DNA of 64,000 nucleotides from Eledone cirrhosa (lineage: Eukaryota): positions 2,666,001 through 2,730,000 of the forward strand of contig OZ024743.1 in assembly GCA_964016885.1 (NCBI GenBank), written 5' to 3'. Made by a program: the position numbers and the translations under genes. Positions 27,536-42,529 of the stretch are shown here, in pieces. A model generated the notes under the pieces. That model did no database searches. It saw only the letters and a list, made by a program, of their open reading frames with translations, and had not been told where the DNA came from. Position 1 is the first letter of the stretch. Each line of letters begins with the position of its first letter.

Positions 27536-29431
27536 AATGCCAATCACCTTGCATTTTATCATGACACTACCACATTACAGAGTGTACTGGGTGTATTTTA
27601 CCGTGGCACTACCACTGCTTTACAGAGTGTACTGGGTGTGTTTCATCAGTACATAGACCACCACCAGTTTCTTCTGATTCCAAATTTTACCATAACACTT
27701 TTTTAACTGAAATACTGTTTTGTTCTTTTTTTTTTTGTCTTTTATATTGGTTTTCATGCTTTTATTATATACTTGATAAACCTAAGGAATACTAAAAACA
27801 AAATTTGTTCCTCCATCATCCTTTTATGTTTGTTTTTCCATTCTTGCATAAGTTGGACATGTCTTCCTTTATCATCATCATCTCTGGAAGATCCAGTGTT
27901 TTGAGATCTGTTCAGGTCTTCCTTGGTCTTCTCTTTTGAAATTCACACAGAAGATAATTTCCTTAACACACAACAAAAGCTCTTAAAGTCTCCTTCCAGC
28001 TATTAATAAAATTGTTAATGAGTTGGGGAAGGAATAGAATCTCTTCTCATATGCTGAAAATTATAATTAATTGCTAATTTGAATTTATTCAAATATTTTT
28101 TTCAAAAATAGAAAGTACCAACATTACTATTTTTGAGAAAGTTTGAGGTATATGAAATTTATTCATCATCTTTACCCCTCAACATTCTCTAATGAGAAAG
28201 TTAGTATACTACTAAATCCTGCTAAATTCCTGATTATTTTCAAAATTATTTCAAAACTAAGAATTGCAGGAGCTGGTGCAGTAATGCATCACCTTCAGCA
28301 TTTGATCATCAGAAGAAGGGAGGTAGATGTAAAAGTCAAACTCACTATATTCAATTCAGTATTCATGTCACCCCTTACCTATAGCCATGAATCTTAGGTA
28401 ATAACCAAAAGAATATGATTGCGAATACAAGTAAATTTGGCTTTTACACCTACTTCCCTGCTTCTGATGACCAAATGCTGACGGTTATTAGATAAACAAC
28501 AGTGTGTACCCAGTTTGAAATAGATACACCATACCTTTGCATGTTTTAAAAGTGACTAAAATGGTTGATGTCAGAAAGGGCATCTGGCTGTAAAACATTG
28601 CTTCAAAAAGTTCTGTCCAACTGATACATAAAAATGATGATAAACACTTTAAAATAAACAATTTTGTATCATAGACCCAAGGACAATTTAGGTGGTTTGG
28701 TATCTAAAGAGTTGAATTTTCATCTCATTTTAACACCTCTTCATTACTATATTCAGAATTAGTTACACTGTGTATCATGATGATAATAACCTTTAATAAT
28801 TTATTCAATTTTTATACATTTAATAGCACCACTAAACTAAATGTTTCCTGACGTTATATTTTTGCTTCAGGACAGCATGTAACTTATTAAATTCATAATG
28901 GCATGCAGTCTTTTGAAGTGTTAATACTCATTTTATGCTAATTCAAAATGGTGTTTATGGATTATATTCACTAAAACAGGTGGATTTATTAGAATTGGAA
29001 ATTCGTTTTGCAATTGGTTATTTCAAAGTAATGAAGCAAATTGGTAGAGTCATTAAGGCTGTATCATAGAACCAGAGGTGGTTTCAAGCAGTTTTGCTAT
29101 CAAAAGGGTTAAATTATAGCTTTACACATATGCACATGCATGTATACACACACTTATGTAATTCAAACATTTTTCTGTCATCATCATCATTTTACATCCC
29201 TTTTTTCCATGTTGGGTGGGTCTTTTCTAGCACAGCTTCCTTCCAGTCATTGTGTTTCTTTGTCATCTGTGAGTTTCACTGATTTGAAATCAGCTCTCAC
29301 CACTACTGCCCAAGTTTCCCTTGGTCTGCCACTACTGCAGTTTCCTTCCACTGAAATTTCTTTGTACTTTTTCACCCAATTAAGAAATTGAGAATAGATT
29401 AGTCTTTATAAATCTTCTAGAGTTAATAATA

Positions 29432-30892
29432 CTAGCTGAAAAACCACCCTTTGGGTGGATTTCTGCTAACATGTGTAGAGTGCATATTGATAGTATACGC
29501 AAATATAGATGCCTGCATACGAACAGCAATGTTACATGGCAGTGAGACCTGGGTATTGTGTGCAGAGGATATACGCAGACTGGAGAGAAACGAAGCTTGC
29601 ATGCTCCGCTGGATGTGTAATAGTAATATACGTGAACGGCAAAGCATAAACAAACTAAGGGAGAAATTAGAAATAAGAGGGATCAGATGTTTACTCGAGA
29701 GAAGACTACGTTGGTATGGTCACGTGATGCGCATGAAAGACGACAGCTGTATAAAAAAGTGCAGGGCGATAAAAATAGACGGTAGCCACGGAGTAGGCAG
29801 ACCCAGAAAAACCTGGGACGACTTGATAAATTCCGACCTCACACACTTACACCTCTCCAAGACAATGTCACTGGACCGAGATCTTTGGCGCTGCACAGTC
29901 ATACAGAAGACCCGCCTTGCCTAAGTACAAAGTGAAACCTACAGTCAGTAGGCACCTCTAACAAAATACACCCCGTCCCACTACCCCCACTCCATCCACA
30001 CCACCCCCTTAAATGTGAAGTTATGTTGGTACCACAACATCTAGTCCGAAACAAATGAGGTCGTGTAGGTGTCACGACAAAAAAACACAGTCCACACTGT
30101 AATGTGGCTATGTAGGTAACATGGTAAAAACCTCCCAGTCCACACTGTAAACGTGGTTGGTGTTGGGAAGGGCACCCAGCCATAGAAAACCCACCAGACG
30201 TGTAGGTGTCACGACAAAAAAGCACACAGTCCACGCTGTAATGTGACCGTGTAGGTAACACGGTAAAAACCTCCCAGTCCACACTGTAAACGTGGTTGGT
30301 GTTAGGAAGGGCATCCAGCCATAGAAAACCCGCCAGACAGTCCTATACGAGCAGGACAACCAATCTTGCCTCAAGTGGGAAAACTCCTGTCCAAACCCAT
30401 GCAAGCGTGAAAGATGGACGTTAAACGATGATGATGATATATGCATGTAGATATGATACATCAAATGAAATCGTAATTGACAATATGCACAGAAATTGAA
30501 GAGAGACTGTGTTACACTGTCTTCTGTAACCAGTAAAGTAACCCATGATACATAAAAAAAGACGATATTATATATAAACTACATTACGGTAAAATGTTAT
30601 GAAAATGAAAAAGGAGAAAAGTAGCAATGGAATAATAAACCTTATATAACTATGCAAATATTTGAACGCTTATATAAGTGATGTGATATTTGAAAATTTT
30701 AAAGAAGTAAATCTTAAAATAAGCAATACTTTATATATAAGAATATTTATGTTTAATCAAGAACTACGGAATTTAGTAGATAAATTATATAATATTCATT
30801 CAAAGTAATCCAACTTATTTTACTAATGGGATTAAAAAAAATATAAAACTGACGCTGTCCCACCCACACTGCTCCCTTTATTATATTATAGA
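29432..30892 (-). mobile_element. Non-autonomous Helitron interrupted by an RTE insertion
   Basis: The minus strand starts A|TCTATAATATAATAAAG and ends with a CCACCC-AAA-GGGTGG hairpin followed by TTTTTCAGCTAG|T. It is colinear with 41751-42369. Confidence 0.8.
29507..30437 (+). mobile_element. 5'-truncated RTE copy (ORF2 C-terminus plus 3' UTR with an internal duplication)
   Basis: DACIRTAMLHGSETW...GRPRKTW is nearly identical to 14137-14570. It ends in (GAT)n. Confidence 0.9.
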
Positions 30893-31482
30893 TAGTGTTC
30901 ATGTTTGTAAGAGTCAAGTAAAAGGTTTGTGGTTATTCACCATGCTAGAAACGGCAGCCAAATCTTTCTAAAATCACACACCCTACCATCTTAAATTGAG
31001 AAAAAAACATACTGGTTGATATAGAAAAGACTTGTAAAATGATAGTCATGGCTGGAATGCCTTTGATCATAGGTTTGTCTTGGAGTTAAACAACACCAAA
31101 TTTGTAATAAATGTAATTTAAATTTATCATTAAAATATAATTTATCCATTTACTGTTTAAATTTGAATTCAACTGAATGTCAAAACTATTTAATGTTTAG
31201 ATAAATAACTGTTTGTTAAAGGTCGGTAAAATAATAGACTTTTAAGTATATTTCAAAACTTAGTTAATACTTATAATGGAATCTCTCTTTTGTCTTTCAC
31301 TATGACCTTACCAATTCCTGTTATGATATACAATCCATATTGGGAAAAATAAATTCCACTGATATAGTCATAGATTTTCCCATGTTCAACACTATAGTAA
31401 TGTGCTCTTAACCCTTTTCTTACTATATTTCTAATGAAAGACACTGCCTATATCTTTAACCCTTTCATTACATTCTTTTTAA

Positions 31483-31859
31483 CCCTTTAGCATTTAAACC
31501 GGCTGTATCCGGCCAGAATTTTCTTGCCTCTTTCTGTTTAAAATGGCCATAGCTAGCCACTCATACCTAAGTTAGGGTATTGTCCTAAACATAAATAATA
31601 TCAAAATCTCATACATTTGATATTATGTGAGACAAAGCCTTTCCTGTGAAAATACAATACTAGAATAATTGTTTCTACTTTTTGGCACAAGGCCAGCAAT
31701 TACCCAGCACATTACTGGTACTTTATTTTATTGACCCTGTAAGGATGAAAGGCAAAGTTAACCTCGGCGGGATTTGAACTCAGAATGGCAAAGGCCGTAA
31801 CTCTTTGCGTCAAAGCATGGTGTCCGACCCTCTACCAATACTGTGTAAACTCTAAAGGG
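31483..31859. mobile_element. piggyBac-type MITE (TTAA TSD, TIR CCCTTTAG) containing a SINE insertion
   Basis: TTAA|CCCTTTAGCATT...CTAAAGGG|TTAA, with a Meta-like SINE at ~31665-31843 (-). Confidence 0.75.
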
Positions 31860-32126
31860 TTAAAGAAAGACACAGCCTGTGTACCCTTTCATTACCATAT
31901 TCCTAATGAGAGAGACTGCCTATGTCATTAACCCTTTTGTTACCATATTTCTAGTGAAAGACATGGCCTATGTCATTAATTCTACCTTTTGTTAACATAT
32001 TTCAAATGAAAGACACTGCTTATGATTTTCAAATAATTTTGAGAATAATGAAGAATTTGAAAAGATTTAGTAATATAACCAACTTTCTCATCATTAAGCT
32101 GGTGTTTGGGGCATAACGTAGCAAAG

Positions 32127-32185
<59 letters not shown>

Positions 32186-32479
32186 ACGTTTAACGTCCGT
32201 GTTCCACGCTTGCATGGGTTTGGACGGGGGTATTTCCCACTTGAGGCAAGAGTGATTGTCTTGCTCGCATAGGACTCTTAAATAGAATTCTGAAGGAGGC
32301 ACTGGAACCATTTTGTGAGCATATTTCTGAGAGACACTACCTGTGATTTTGAAATCATTTTGAAAAAATCAAGAATTTAGAGGGATTTAGTAGTATAACT
32401 AACTTTCTCATCAGTAAACTAGGTGTTTGGAAGATAACAAAGGTTTTCACATAGAAACGTGATGGAAGGTTTTTAAGTA

Positions 32480-32815
32480 GTGTACATGAACAATAAAGCA
32501 AGGATGGACTGAGAGAAAAGCTGGGTATCAAAGGAATCAGATGCAGTGTGTAAGAGAGAAGACTGTGCTAGGATGGATATATGATGTGTATGGATTATGA
32601 ATGCTAGTTAAAGAAATGCTCGGTGGTGCCAGTTAAAAGAAGCTGTAGTAAAGGAAGACCAAGACAAACCTGGGCAGAGGTAGTGAAAATAGATCTCAAA
32701 ATGGTAAATCTCACAGTGGAGATGGCAAAGGAACACTAGGAGTGGAGGGAAGCTGTGTTAGAAAAGACCCATCCAACTCATGCTATCAAGACGGATGTAA
32801 AATTGTTGATGATAA
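32480..32815 (+). mobile_element. Old RTE 3' fragment
   Basis: LREKLGIKGIRC...RRL.W.G..GRPRQTW, with stops. Confidence 0.65.
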
Positions 32816-33544
32816 ATGTTTTAAAATGCAGTTTTGTATTTTAGAACCGAGGGCAGTTTCAGGGATGGGGTGTTGTATAGAAAGCATTAATATTTGAATA
32901 ATATCTGCCATAACATGTCTTATAGATCAGCTGCTACAAATGTAGTACTGTATTGTTCTCTGTTAACATTGATATACTACCAATCTTTCCTTGTCAGTCT
33001 TGCATATTTAATCTATATTTACAACATTGCTCTCTAATGTTATTGACATTTCAAATTCTCTTAGCATGGGTGTTGTCAATTTTCATATTGAAATCACTGC
33101 GCAACAATCACACACACTCTACAAGTATATAATGATAATTTATACTTAATCATACAGAATTCAAAAGCTGCTGTTTTATGTTTGATTTTGATGTTTTCAT
33201 CACTATGAATTTAGACATATGTTAACCCTTTCACTATCATATTTCTTATGAAATACACTGCTCATGTAGGTGTCAATCTTATGGGGGAAATGGCTTTGAA
33301 ACACTCATTGTTGTTGGTGTTATTGTATTTTAACATTTACTGGAAGCCTGTCATTTCTTCATCATTTATCTATTTTCTATATATAATCAAAACATATTTT
33401 ATGCTTTCTATGGATTCTAGCATAATGTGTTTTCATGTGATTGTTTTTTTTTTGTTTTTTTATGGTAGTTTCAGTCCTTAGACCCCAGTATTTTCTTTAA
33501 AGTCTGGTGCTTTAGTAACACAGAGAGGGATACACACACACACA

Positions 33545-33624
<80 letters not shown>

Positions 33625-36144
33625 TTAACATCCATGCTGGCATGAGTATATTTTACACTCTGCTTAGTGGTATTTGTTCCAGCTCTTTATGTTCTGAGTT
33701 CAAATACTGCCAATATAAATTTTTCCTTTTATTCTTTTGAGGTTGATAAACGACTATACCAGTCAAGTGTTGGGAGTCGATATAATCAACTTTCCTTTCT
33801 ACTCAAAATTGTTGGATTTGTGCCAAAATTAGAAGCCATTTTTATTATTATTTTATGTCTGTTAGGCAGTGTATTGACAGTATCAGTAGAGTGTCGAACA
33901 TGCTTTGCAGCATACAGTTATGTCCATTTACGTTTTAAGATCAAATCCCGCTGAGGTTGGCTTTGCCTTACATACTTACAGGTTCGAGAAAATAGAGTAC
34001 CAGTAATGCACTGGTTTGGATTTAATCGACTTATCCCTCGCCCTAATTGTTGGCCTTGTACCTAAATCAGAAACCATTATTTCATGTCTGTATCACATCT
34101 TTCTATTATTTTGTAAATGATCCAAACAATAAAATCCATTTGAGAAATGGAATCTAGAGAGTAAAAAAATAAAATTTACAAGAATGAAAATATGTCAGCA
34201 CAGTTCACAGAAAATTTTGATAAGAATTGTCATAAATTAGGGGCAGGCCATAGTTTCATCATGGCACTAGCACAAGAATCAGCTTACAGATGCTTGTGCA
34301 GTAGATATTTAGCTGCTCTTTGTGTAGGCAATAGTTATGATAGAGCTGACCAAATTTTCATTGACACTAGCACAAGAGTTGTCTGCTCTTGTTTATTCAT
34401 TTGCCAAGAATGAAATCAAAATCGAACCAATGCATTTATATGTATATTGGCAATTTATTTTATTTTTTGCTGGTTTCAGTCATTAGACTGCAGCCATGCT
34501 GGATTGCTGCATAAAAGAGATTTAGTCAATCATATTGATCCCAGTTCTATCATGAAAAGCAATATGAAATTAACAAGAACACAAAACTCCTCCCCGGTCA
34601 GGAATCGAACCTGCAACACTTTTGATTGGGAGTCTAACCATCCTAACTACTAGGCCACTCACCTTCACTTATATATAACTGGCCAGTCTGTCATAGGGAT
34701 ACTTATTCATAGATTCTCCATTTGTCTCTAGATGTTTACTTCTAAATATATTTACATGTTTACATAAAACTTTATTTTGAATTTCGAATCCTAACTTTTA
34801 CTTTAACTATTAACACCCTGTAAGGATGGTTAAGTAGAAAATCTCTAAAGAAACAGATTTGTTAATTCTAATATAGTCGTAGAGTAAAATTTTAATGTGG
34901 TGCAGTCAGTGTTGTTTTGTATTTTTCAAGTGTTTTGCTAATATGGTTTCATGTGATAGAGGACAGAACAGAAACAAAGGGCCACTTAGATACAACAAAA
35001 TAAAGGACCACATAGATACAACATAAAGGGCCACATAGATACAACTATTTTATAAGCAGCAGCAATAGTTTGGGCCTCTTTCTAGATGTCAGTATGTTAT
35101 TTGTGACATTCAGGTCTCTTCTTTACCTCACAGTTTATTATTAGGGATTCTAGTCAAAGTTACTGTTAACAATTCAATTCTTAGGTAGCTAAGGGGTAAA
35201 GGGTGGAACCAACAACACTTGACCCTAATTTCCTTAAGTGGTCACTAGTTAGCACAGCATAAGATTTTGTCCTTCATTCATATGTGTAATATTACCTATT
35301 TAAGGTCAAAAAGTTTTCAGAAGTGACTTTGATGGAAGACATTCAGTTAATTGGGTGGGTGGGGATGATGAAGACACGTGGCTTAATAGGATGTTCCACT
35401 TATAATTGCAAGGTCACGAGTTTGAATCCCAGCAGTGTGCTGGCCCCTTGAACAAGATACTTTATTTTGCATCGTTCCAGTCCACCCAGCTGGCAATTCA
35501 CTGAGTCAACTTTGTTACACACTACATCACACTGAAATTTCCCTGAAAACTTCATTAAGGGTATGTGGAATACTCAGCCACTTGCACATTAATTACATGA
35601 GCTGGCTGTTGTGATCATAACAACTGGAACACTGGTCTGCAGAACTAAAAAAGGACAAACATCACAGTTACATAGCCAAGTCGTCCCCCCCCCCCCCACA
35701 CACACACACAGTATTCAAATTTCAATAGACTATAAATAGTATGTTATCAAATATTTACTACATCTCTGGCTAAATTATTTATTCCATAGGCTTTTTTTAT
35801 TTTGTTGGGTTTTTTTTTTCCCCTCAATCTTTCTTTTAATTTTAGAATCAAATGATGACATTATGGCCAACGATTTCCCGAATTCTTTCATCTATCTAAA
35901 TTTAGTCTGTTGAACAAGGAGCAGTCTATACTTTTTAGATAACTATTTATACATAACATAGCAATGTTCTTAACGTTTCACATCACATTTAACCCCTGTT
36001 GTAATCTCACCTGATCTCTTACCTAGTCTATTTTTTGTTGTTCTTAACAGATAACATTATCAGGAAAGAGATTGTGTTCATTTTAACTTAAAAAGTTGCT
36101 TGTGTTTAAATTTCAATAGAAAACATTTATGCATTTGTTGTTAC

Positions 36145-36670
36145 TAGTGTTGGTACCTCAATAAAATACACCCAGTACACACTGTAAAGTTATTGAGTTG
36201 ATGCCATAATAAAGTACAGTCTGTAAAGTGATTATGCTGTTGCCACAATGAAATGCATCCAATATACTCTGTAGCATGGTTGTGCTGATGTCACATTAAA
36301 ATGCACCCAGTACTCCCTGTAATGTGTTAGTATTGGTATCACAATAAAATGCACTCAGTACACCCTGTAATGAGTTAGGGTTGGTGCCACAAAATACACC
36401 CAATATACTCTGTAAAGTGTTAGTATTGGTGCCACTGTAAAGTGATAGTGTTGGTGCCTCGATAAAATGTGGCCAGTTAATTTGGTAAAGTGTTAGTTTT
36501 GGTGTCACTGTAAAATGCACACAGTACATAGATTCTGTAAGATGGTTGGCATTAGGAAGGGCACCCAGCAGTAGAAGCCATACCAAATATGGAACATAAC
36601 AAGCAAGATGGGCTTGTGAATCTGTCTAATCCATGCTAGCATGGAAAGCAGCCATGATAAAGATGATTAT
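36145..36670 (+). repeat. ~45-50-bp degenerate minisatellite running into the SINE/RTE tail
   Basis: The unit TGGTGCCACAATAAAATGCACCCAGTACACTCTGTAAAG is repeated about 8 times, then GGCATTAGGAAGGGCACCCAG...GATGAT follows. Confidence 0.7.
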
Positions 36671-37349
36671 TATAGTTAATATTGAAGGCATGTAGCTGAG
36701 TGGTTAGAGAATTGGACTTCGCAATTGTGAAGTTATGAGTTTGATTCTCGAATCGGGTGATGCGTTATGTACTTGAGCAAGACACTTTATTTCACATTGC
36801 TCCTTCTGCCTGGATTTGCGACCAGTAGATAGTATTAGCAATTGGAAAGACCAATGGAAATGTTGTTTCCTTGGTCTGATTTGACGAGGTCTGGGATCTT
36901 TCAATCGACTGTCGATTAATGCTTAATTAATCAGCTTTTTGGTGTAGAGTGTCTGATTTCCCATATTGGTTTGGTTTAAACAGATTTCAATTGCAGTAAC
37001 TTTGGTCATGTATATTTTCTAATGAAATGCAGTTTCTTCAGATTTGCCTTAATCGCTGTTGGCCAGTACATCCTTGGGTGTCTGTGCTACTTTTGACTAC
37101 ATTGTGATAACTTCGTAATTTTTGTTGCTGTTGTTTTACCACCCAGAATTATGATCAAAGATATTGTAATTTTAATCCTCCTGACAGTCAAGTCATATAT
37201 CATATCCCTAATAGTTGTGTGTGATATGAGGGAGATTTAGCTGCTCTTTCTAGCAAGTTAATGGATCATGTAGGTACTACCTTATTGGTTTGTGTAATTG
37301 GAATTTTCCTGCCATATTATATTTCAGTTATGATATGACCATGGTTTTT

Positions 37350-37552
37350 AACCCTTTATTAATCAAGAATTTGAAGAGATTTAGTAATAACTTTATCATT
37401 ATTAAGCCAGTGTTAGGAACATAACTTAACAAAGGTTCTTTCATAAAATTATGAAAGGCAATGTTTTTAGAAAATATAAACATTTTAAAATAAACAGTTT
37501 TGTATCATAGAACCAGGGGTGGTTTCAGGTGGTTTGGCATCAAAAGGGTTAA
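37350..37552. mobile_element. TTAA-type MITE family (TIR approximately CCCTTTTG(A/T)TACC)
   Basis: TTAACCCTTT...CAAAAGGGTTAA. Many relatives, e.g. 31410-32110, 39945-40394, 54075-54515, 54820-55150 and 63570-63823. Confidence 0.65.
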
Positions 37553-38619
37553 GACTCCTTAATTTCATCGGCCATCGTGACAAACTCATTCAGATGTGGT
37601 TGCCATAGCACTAGAACTACACAAGCTCTTAAGTTCAAGATAAGAATGGGTGATCGTGAACTGAAACTTTATGTAGTTCTAGTGCCATGACAACATCTGA
37701 GTGATGTGATTTCATCACAATGAGGGGTCTTGAGCCCCAAACCTTGTATAATGCTAGTAAAAACCACATGATTTCATCACAATGAAATAAGGTGTTGTAA
37801 TCATCACACTAGAACTACACCAGGTCTTGGCCTGAAGATCACCCATTGAGATGAAGTCAGATGTGATTGTCATGGCACGAGAACTACACATGGTCTTGAG
37901 CTCAAGTCTTTTCCCTTACTCTCAGTTTGAGCCTTTATGAGCCATAATAGAACCCTAGATTGTGTAATTGAGTAGTTTGTGAAGAGAAAACTAAATCCTT
38001 TACATAATTTTTCCTTACACAGAAAAACTTTTTGTACCAGAGATCTTTCAAAGGGGACCTTACACCACACATTATATATAATTTTTATAACAACAAAATA
38101 CAACCTACCTAAACTAGCCAAAGCACACCACACAGAATATAATTACCCAGTTACATAAAATTAATATTAAAATTAAAACCACATATGAAAAAAACCTTTA
38201 TACTAGAGACCTTTGTATTTTTTGTAATGTGTTTTTGGTTAATTTAAGCTTGTTATATTTAGTTGTTGGGTAGGGTTGTATAATGAAAAAGTATATGTAT
38301 TGTATCATGCCTCGGATACAATTACCAATCCCCTCATATTTTGTGTAGTGTAACATACTTGTCACATTCTTTATTGTGGTTATAACATTTATCTGACCTC
38401 GTTTGTATAACCTTTTTCTTTTTGTATCAAGGTTATGGCTACAAATATGTTTTAATTGTTGTAATTAGTTAATTTGTTTGTAAGTCTAATCACTGTAATG
38501 TTACTAAATGTTACATTATTTATGTTGCTCTCTTTTGTCAACATTTATTTTCAACTATAAAATGTACCCGGTGCACCCTTGTAAAGTGGTTGTGCTGGAG
38601 CCACTATCAAATGCACCGG

Positions 38620-39055
38620 TGAGGATGACAGAGGAGAGAGAAGTGTGGGAGTAATGAGCTAGGGAGAGAAGGGAAACAGAAGTGAGGAAGTGATGAGGGA
38701 GAGAGACTATGGTAAGAGGAAAACAAATGTGGGAGTAATAAGGGAGGGAGAGAAGGTTGTGAGAGGGAAACAGAAGTGTGGGAGTAATAAGGGAGAGAGA
38801 GGTGTGAGTAATGAGGGAGGGAGACAAGAGAGAGAAGTGAGCATAATGGGGGAGGGAGACAAGTGAGAGTAATGAGGGAGGGAAACGAGTGAGAGTAATG
38901 AGGGAGGGAGTCAGGAGAGAGAAGTGTGAGAGTAAGAGAGAAAGTGTGTGTGTGAGAGGAGGGAGAAATAAAAGTGAGAGACACACACAATGGTAGCAGT
39001 GAGACAGAAGTGAGGGAGTAATGAAGGAGAGCATACTGGGAGAAGAGAGCAATGA
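38620..39055. repeat. Purine-rich (GA-rich) degenerate minisatellite
   Basis: Recurrent GGGAGTAATGAGGGAGAGAGAAG-like units. Confidence 0.8.
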
Positions 39056-41750
39056 ATGTCAAAAATGAGTGGTAGATGTGTGTGTGTGTGTGTGAGAGAA
39101 AGAGTATGATATATATAACAGTGAAGCTGGGTGTTAAGAGTAGGAGTAATGGAAGGATTGGTAATTGGAGTCAGAGAGAGAGGGAGATAAAGAAGTGCTT
39201 GTTAACTTTTGAAATAAGCTCTTTTACCATCATATATTCAATGTCAGGGACCTTCTTTGAAATTTATAAATGTTGTACTTTACCATAAAGACCAACTGTG
39301 TTTTCTAAGTATTTAGATTCAAAATACATACATCACATAAGACATTATAGTTATATAGTTCTTATCATCATCATCATCATCATCAGCGTTTAACGTCCGT
39401 GTTCCACGCTTGCATGGGTTTGGACGGGGGTAGTCCCACTTGAGGCAAGAGTGATTGTCTTGCTCGCATAGGACTGTCTGGCAGGTTTTCTACAGTTGGA
39501 TGCCCTTCCTAACACCAACCACATTTACAGTGTGGGTCTGGGAGGTTTTTACCGTGTTGCCTACACGGCCACATTACAGCGTGGACTGTGTGTTTTTTTG
39601 TCGTGACACCTACACGATCTCATTTGTTTCGGCCTCGATGGCGCGGCACCAACATAACTTTACATAGAACGGGGGGGTGTGGATCGGGTGGGGGTGGTGG
39701 GACGGGGTGTATTTGTTAGAGATGCCTACTGGCTGGAGTAGGTTTTACTATATATTTAGGTAAGGCGGGTCTTCTCTGTTACTGAGTACCGCCAAAGGTC
39801 TCGGTCCAGTGACATTGTCTTGGAGAGGTGTAAGTGTGTGATGTCGGAGTTTATCAGCTCGTCCCAGGTTTTTCTAGGTCTGCCTATTAGAGAGATATTA
39901 TTAAAACAGTATGTTGTAGCATAAGACACTTACAAAAGATTAATTTTAACCCTATTTCTAATGAAAGACATTGCCTATAATTTTTAAATAATCAAGAATT
40001 TGGATTTTGTAATACGTTCTCATTATTAAGCTTGTGTTTGGAACATAACTCTTTTACTTTTTTTATTTCTAAGTAAAGACACTGCATATAATTTTCAAAT
40101 AATTTTGAAAATCTAGAGTTTGGATGGATTTTGTTATATTTTCTCATTATTAAGCTGGTGTTTGGAACATAACTTAACCTTTTTGTTATCCTATTTCTAA
40201 TGAAAGACACTGCATATAATTTTGAAAATATTCAAGAATTTGGAGGGATTTGTAATACTTTCTCATTATTAAGCTGGTGTTTGGACCATAATTTTGCCCT
40301 ATTGTTACCATAAGTTCTTACATGAAGTTATAATGGAAAGTTTTAAATAAATATAAACATTTTACCAGTAACAGTTTTGAGTGGTTTCACATGGTTTTCT
40401 ATCAAAAGGGTTAAAAACTGTTTTGCACATCTATTTCTATCCAAGCATATGTGTGCAATTGTGTATGGGTGTGAATGCATGCATGCAATTGTGTGTGTGT
40501 GTGTGTGCATGCACATTTAAATTTGGATAATTGTAGTTAGTTTTCCTTCCTACCACTATGAACTTATCTATGATACCAAATTGGAGCGATTTTAGGCAAA
40601 TACAATTACATATCCTACTTAGTGAGGCAACACAACTACTACTGCAGAGTTTGAATAGACAATCATTTTGTCTGTTTTCTGTCTCCTTGATGTCTCAGCT
40701 AGTAAGTATCATTACCATCATCATCGTCATCATCATTTAATATCTGCTTTCCCTGCTAGCAAGGACTGGACAGGTCATCAGACCAAGTCAGTACTTAATC
40801 GGAACAAGTGACCTCTTAGACATGCTGGGGGCTGCATCTCCTTTACGTAGTATGTTGGATGCACTAGCACTAGGGTAGGTGTCATGTCTTTGACACAACT
40901 GAAGAGTCCTCTTAACACTTTGGCAAGTTTTCTATACCTGAATGCTCTTCCTATCATCAACAACTCTACAGAGTGTACTGGGTGCATTTTATCATGTTGC
41001 CAGCACTAGAGAGGTTGCTATGCCCTTGACACGACTGGAGAGCCCTCTAAATAATAAATCAAGTAAAAAATGGAGTAACAGTAGCTTGAGGCAAAGTCAA
41101 AATGAGAGGATACGTATGACAAAAAGTCATTGATAAGGTCACAGAATGTGTGGCAAAAGATTTAGATAAATGACTGTTTGGGTAATAATAATAAAAAACT
41201 GGAATGAAACTAAAAAGCATGTATGTTTATATTGTTTATATTAAAGTATAACAAAATCAAATAACACACCCAAGCTAAATAATTCATGATTGTTTTATGA
41301 ATTATATTAATCAGTTTTGTTATCTGCTGTGATACTTTAGTTTACATCTCTTTATTTTTCTGAAACTAGAATTTTTTTTCCATATGCTGATACGTATGTG
41401 TATATGTGGGTGTGTGTGCATATGCATACATTTATAAGTATGCTTATATGAATATAAATGTGCAAACACGGACACACTTCCTTTTACACACACATGCATT
41501 CACACAGGCAGTAGAGGAGAAATATGAAGTAGTCAAACTATTCCACTCTCTTGACACGCTTCCTTTTACACACACATGCATTCACACAGGCAAAGATAGA
41601 GGAGTAGTATGAAGTAGTCAAACTATTCCTCTCTTTTTACATGTCACAGAATCGCAGAAATTTATAAATAGATTATTACTGCTACTAGACTATCTTTGTC
41701 TCTAAAGTTCCTGCACTTGTCAGGAACCCGACTATGAATCATTATAAACA

Positions 41751-42369
41751 CTAGCAGAAAAACCACCCTTTGGGTGGTTTTCTGCTAGCATGTGTAGTGT
41801 GTATATTGATATTATACGCAGGTATATATACATGTAGCTATGATACATCAAATAAAATCGTAATTGACAATGTATAATACATAGAAATTGAATGAAGACT
41901 GCGTTACACTGCCTTATGTAATCAGTAACGTAATCCATGATACATTAAAAAAGACGATATTATATATAAACTGCATTAGGAGAAAATTAGTATGTTTATT
42001 TAAACAATGGCAACCGGAAGTCTTGACATTTCAGAAATTTTAAAGAAGTGAATCTTTAAATAAACAAAATATATTTAATGAACAGCCACGAAATTTAGTA
42101 GATAAATTATGTAATATTCATTCATTATTTTGACGTATAGAGGTACGGCCCTTGCCATTCTGAGTTCAAATTCTGTCGAGGTTAACTTCGCCTTTCATCC
42201 TTACGGGGTCGATAAAATAAAGTACCAGTAATGTACTGGGTAATTGCTGGCCTTGTGCCAAAAGTAGAAACAATTATTTATTCAAAGTAATTCAACTTAT
42301 TTTACTAATGGGATAAAAAAATTATAAACTGTACGCAGTCCCGCAGACCTTCCTTTATTATAGTTTAGA
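41751..42369 (-). mobile_element. Non-autonomous Helitron, second copy, with a SINE insertion
   Basis: The plus strand reads A|CTAGCAGAAAAACCACCCTTTGGGTGG...TTTAGA|T. A Meta-like SINE sits at ~42135-42275. Confidence 0.8.
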
Positions 42370-42529
42370 TGATATACATTTATAGTGCTTTTATTTTTAC
42401 CTTTTCTCAGTTCATCTAACTGTGATATTAACTTTTAAAACTTTAGAGTTTATCGAAAGGAAATCAAATTTCCTCCCTCGTTAATTGTAAGAGAAGTGAT
42501 TAATTAGATGGTTGAGTCAAGTGTTGAGA

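Noticed and set aside
38555-39062. Leu/Ser/His-rich ORFs of 151-165 aa
   Set aside because: They are translations of a GA-rich minisatellite.
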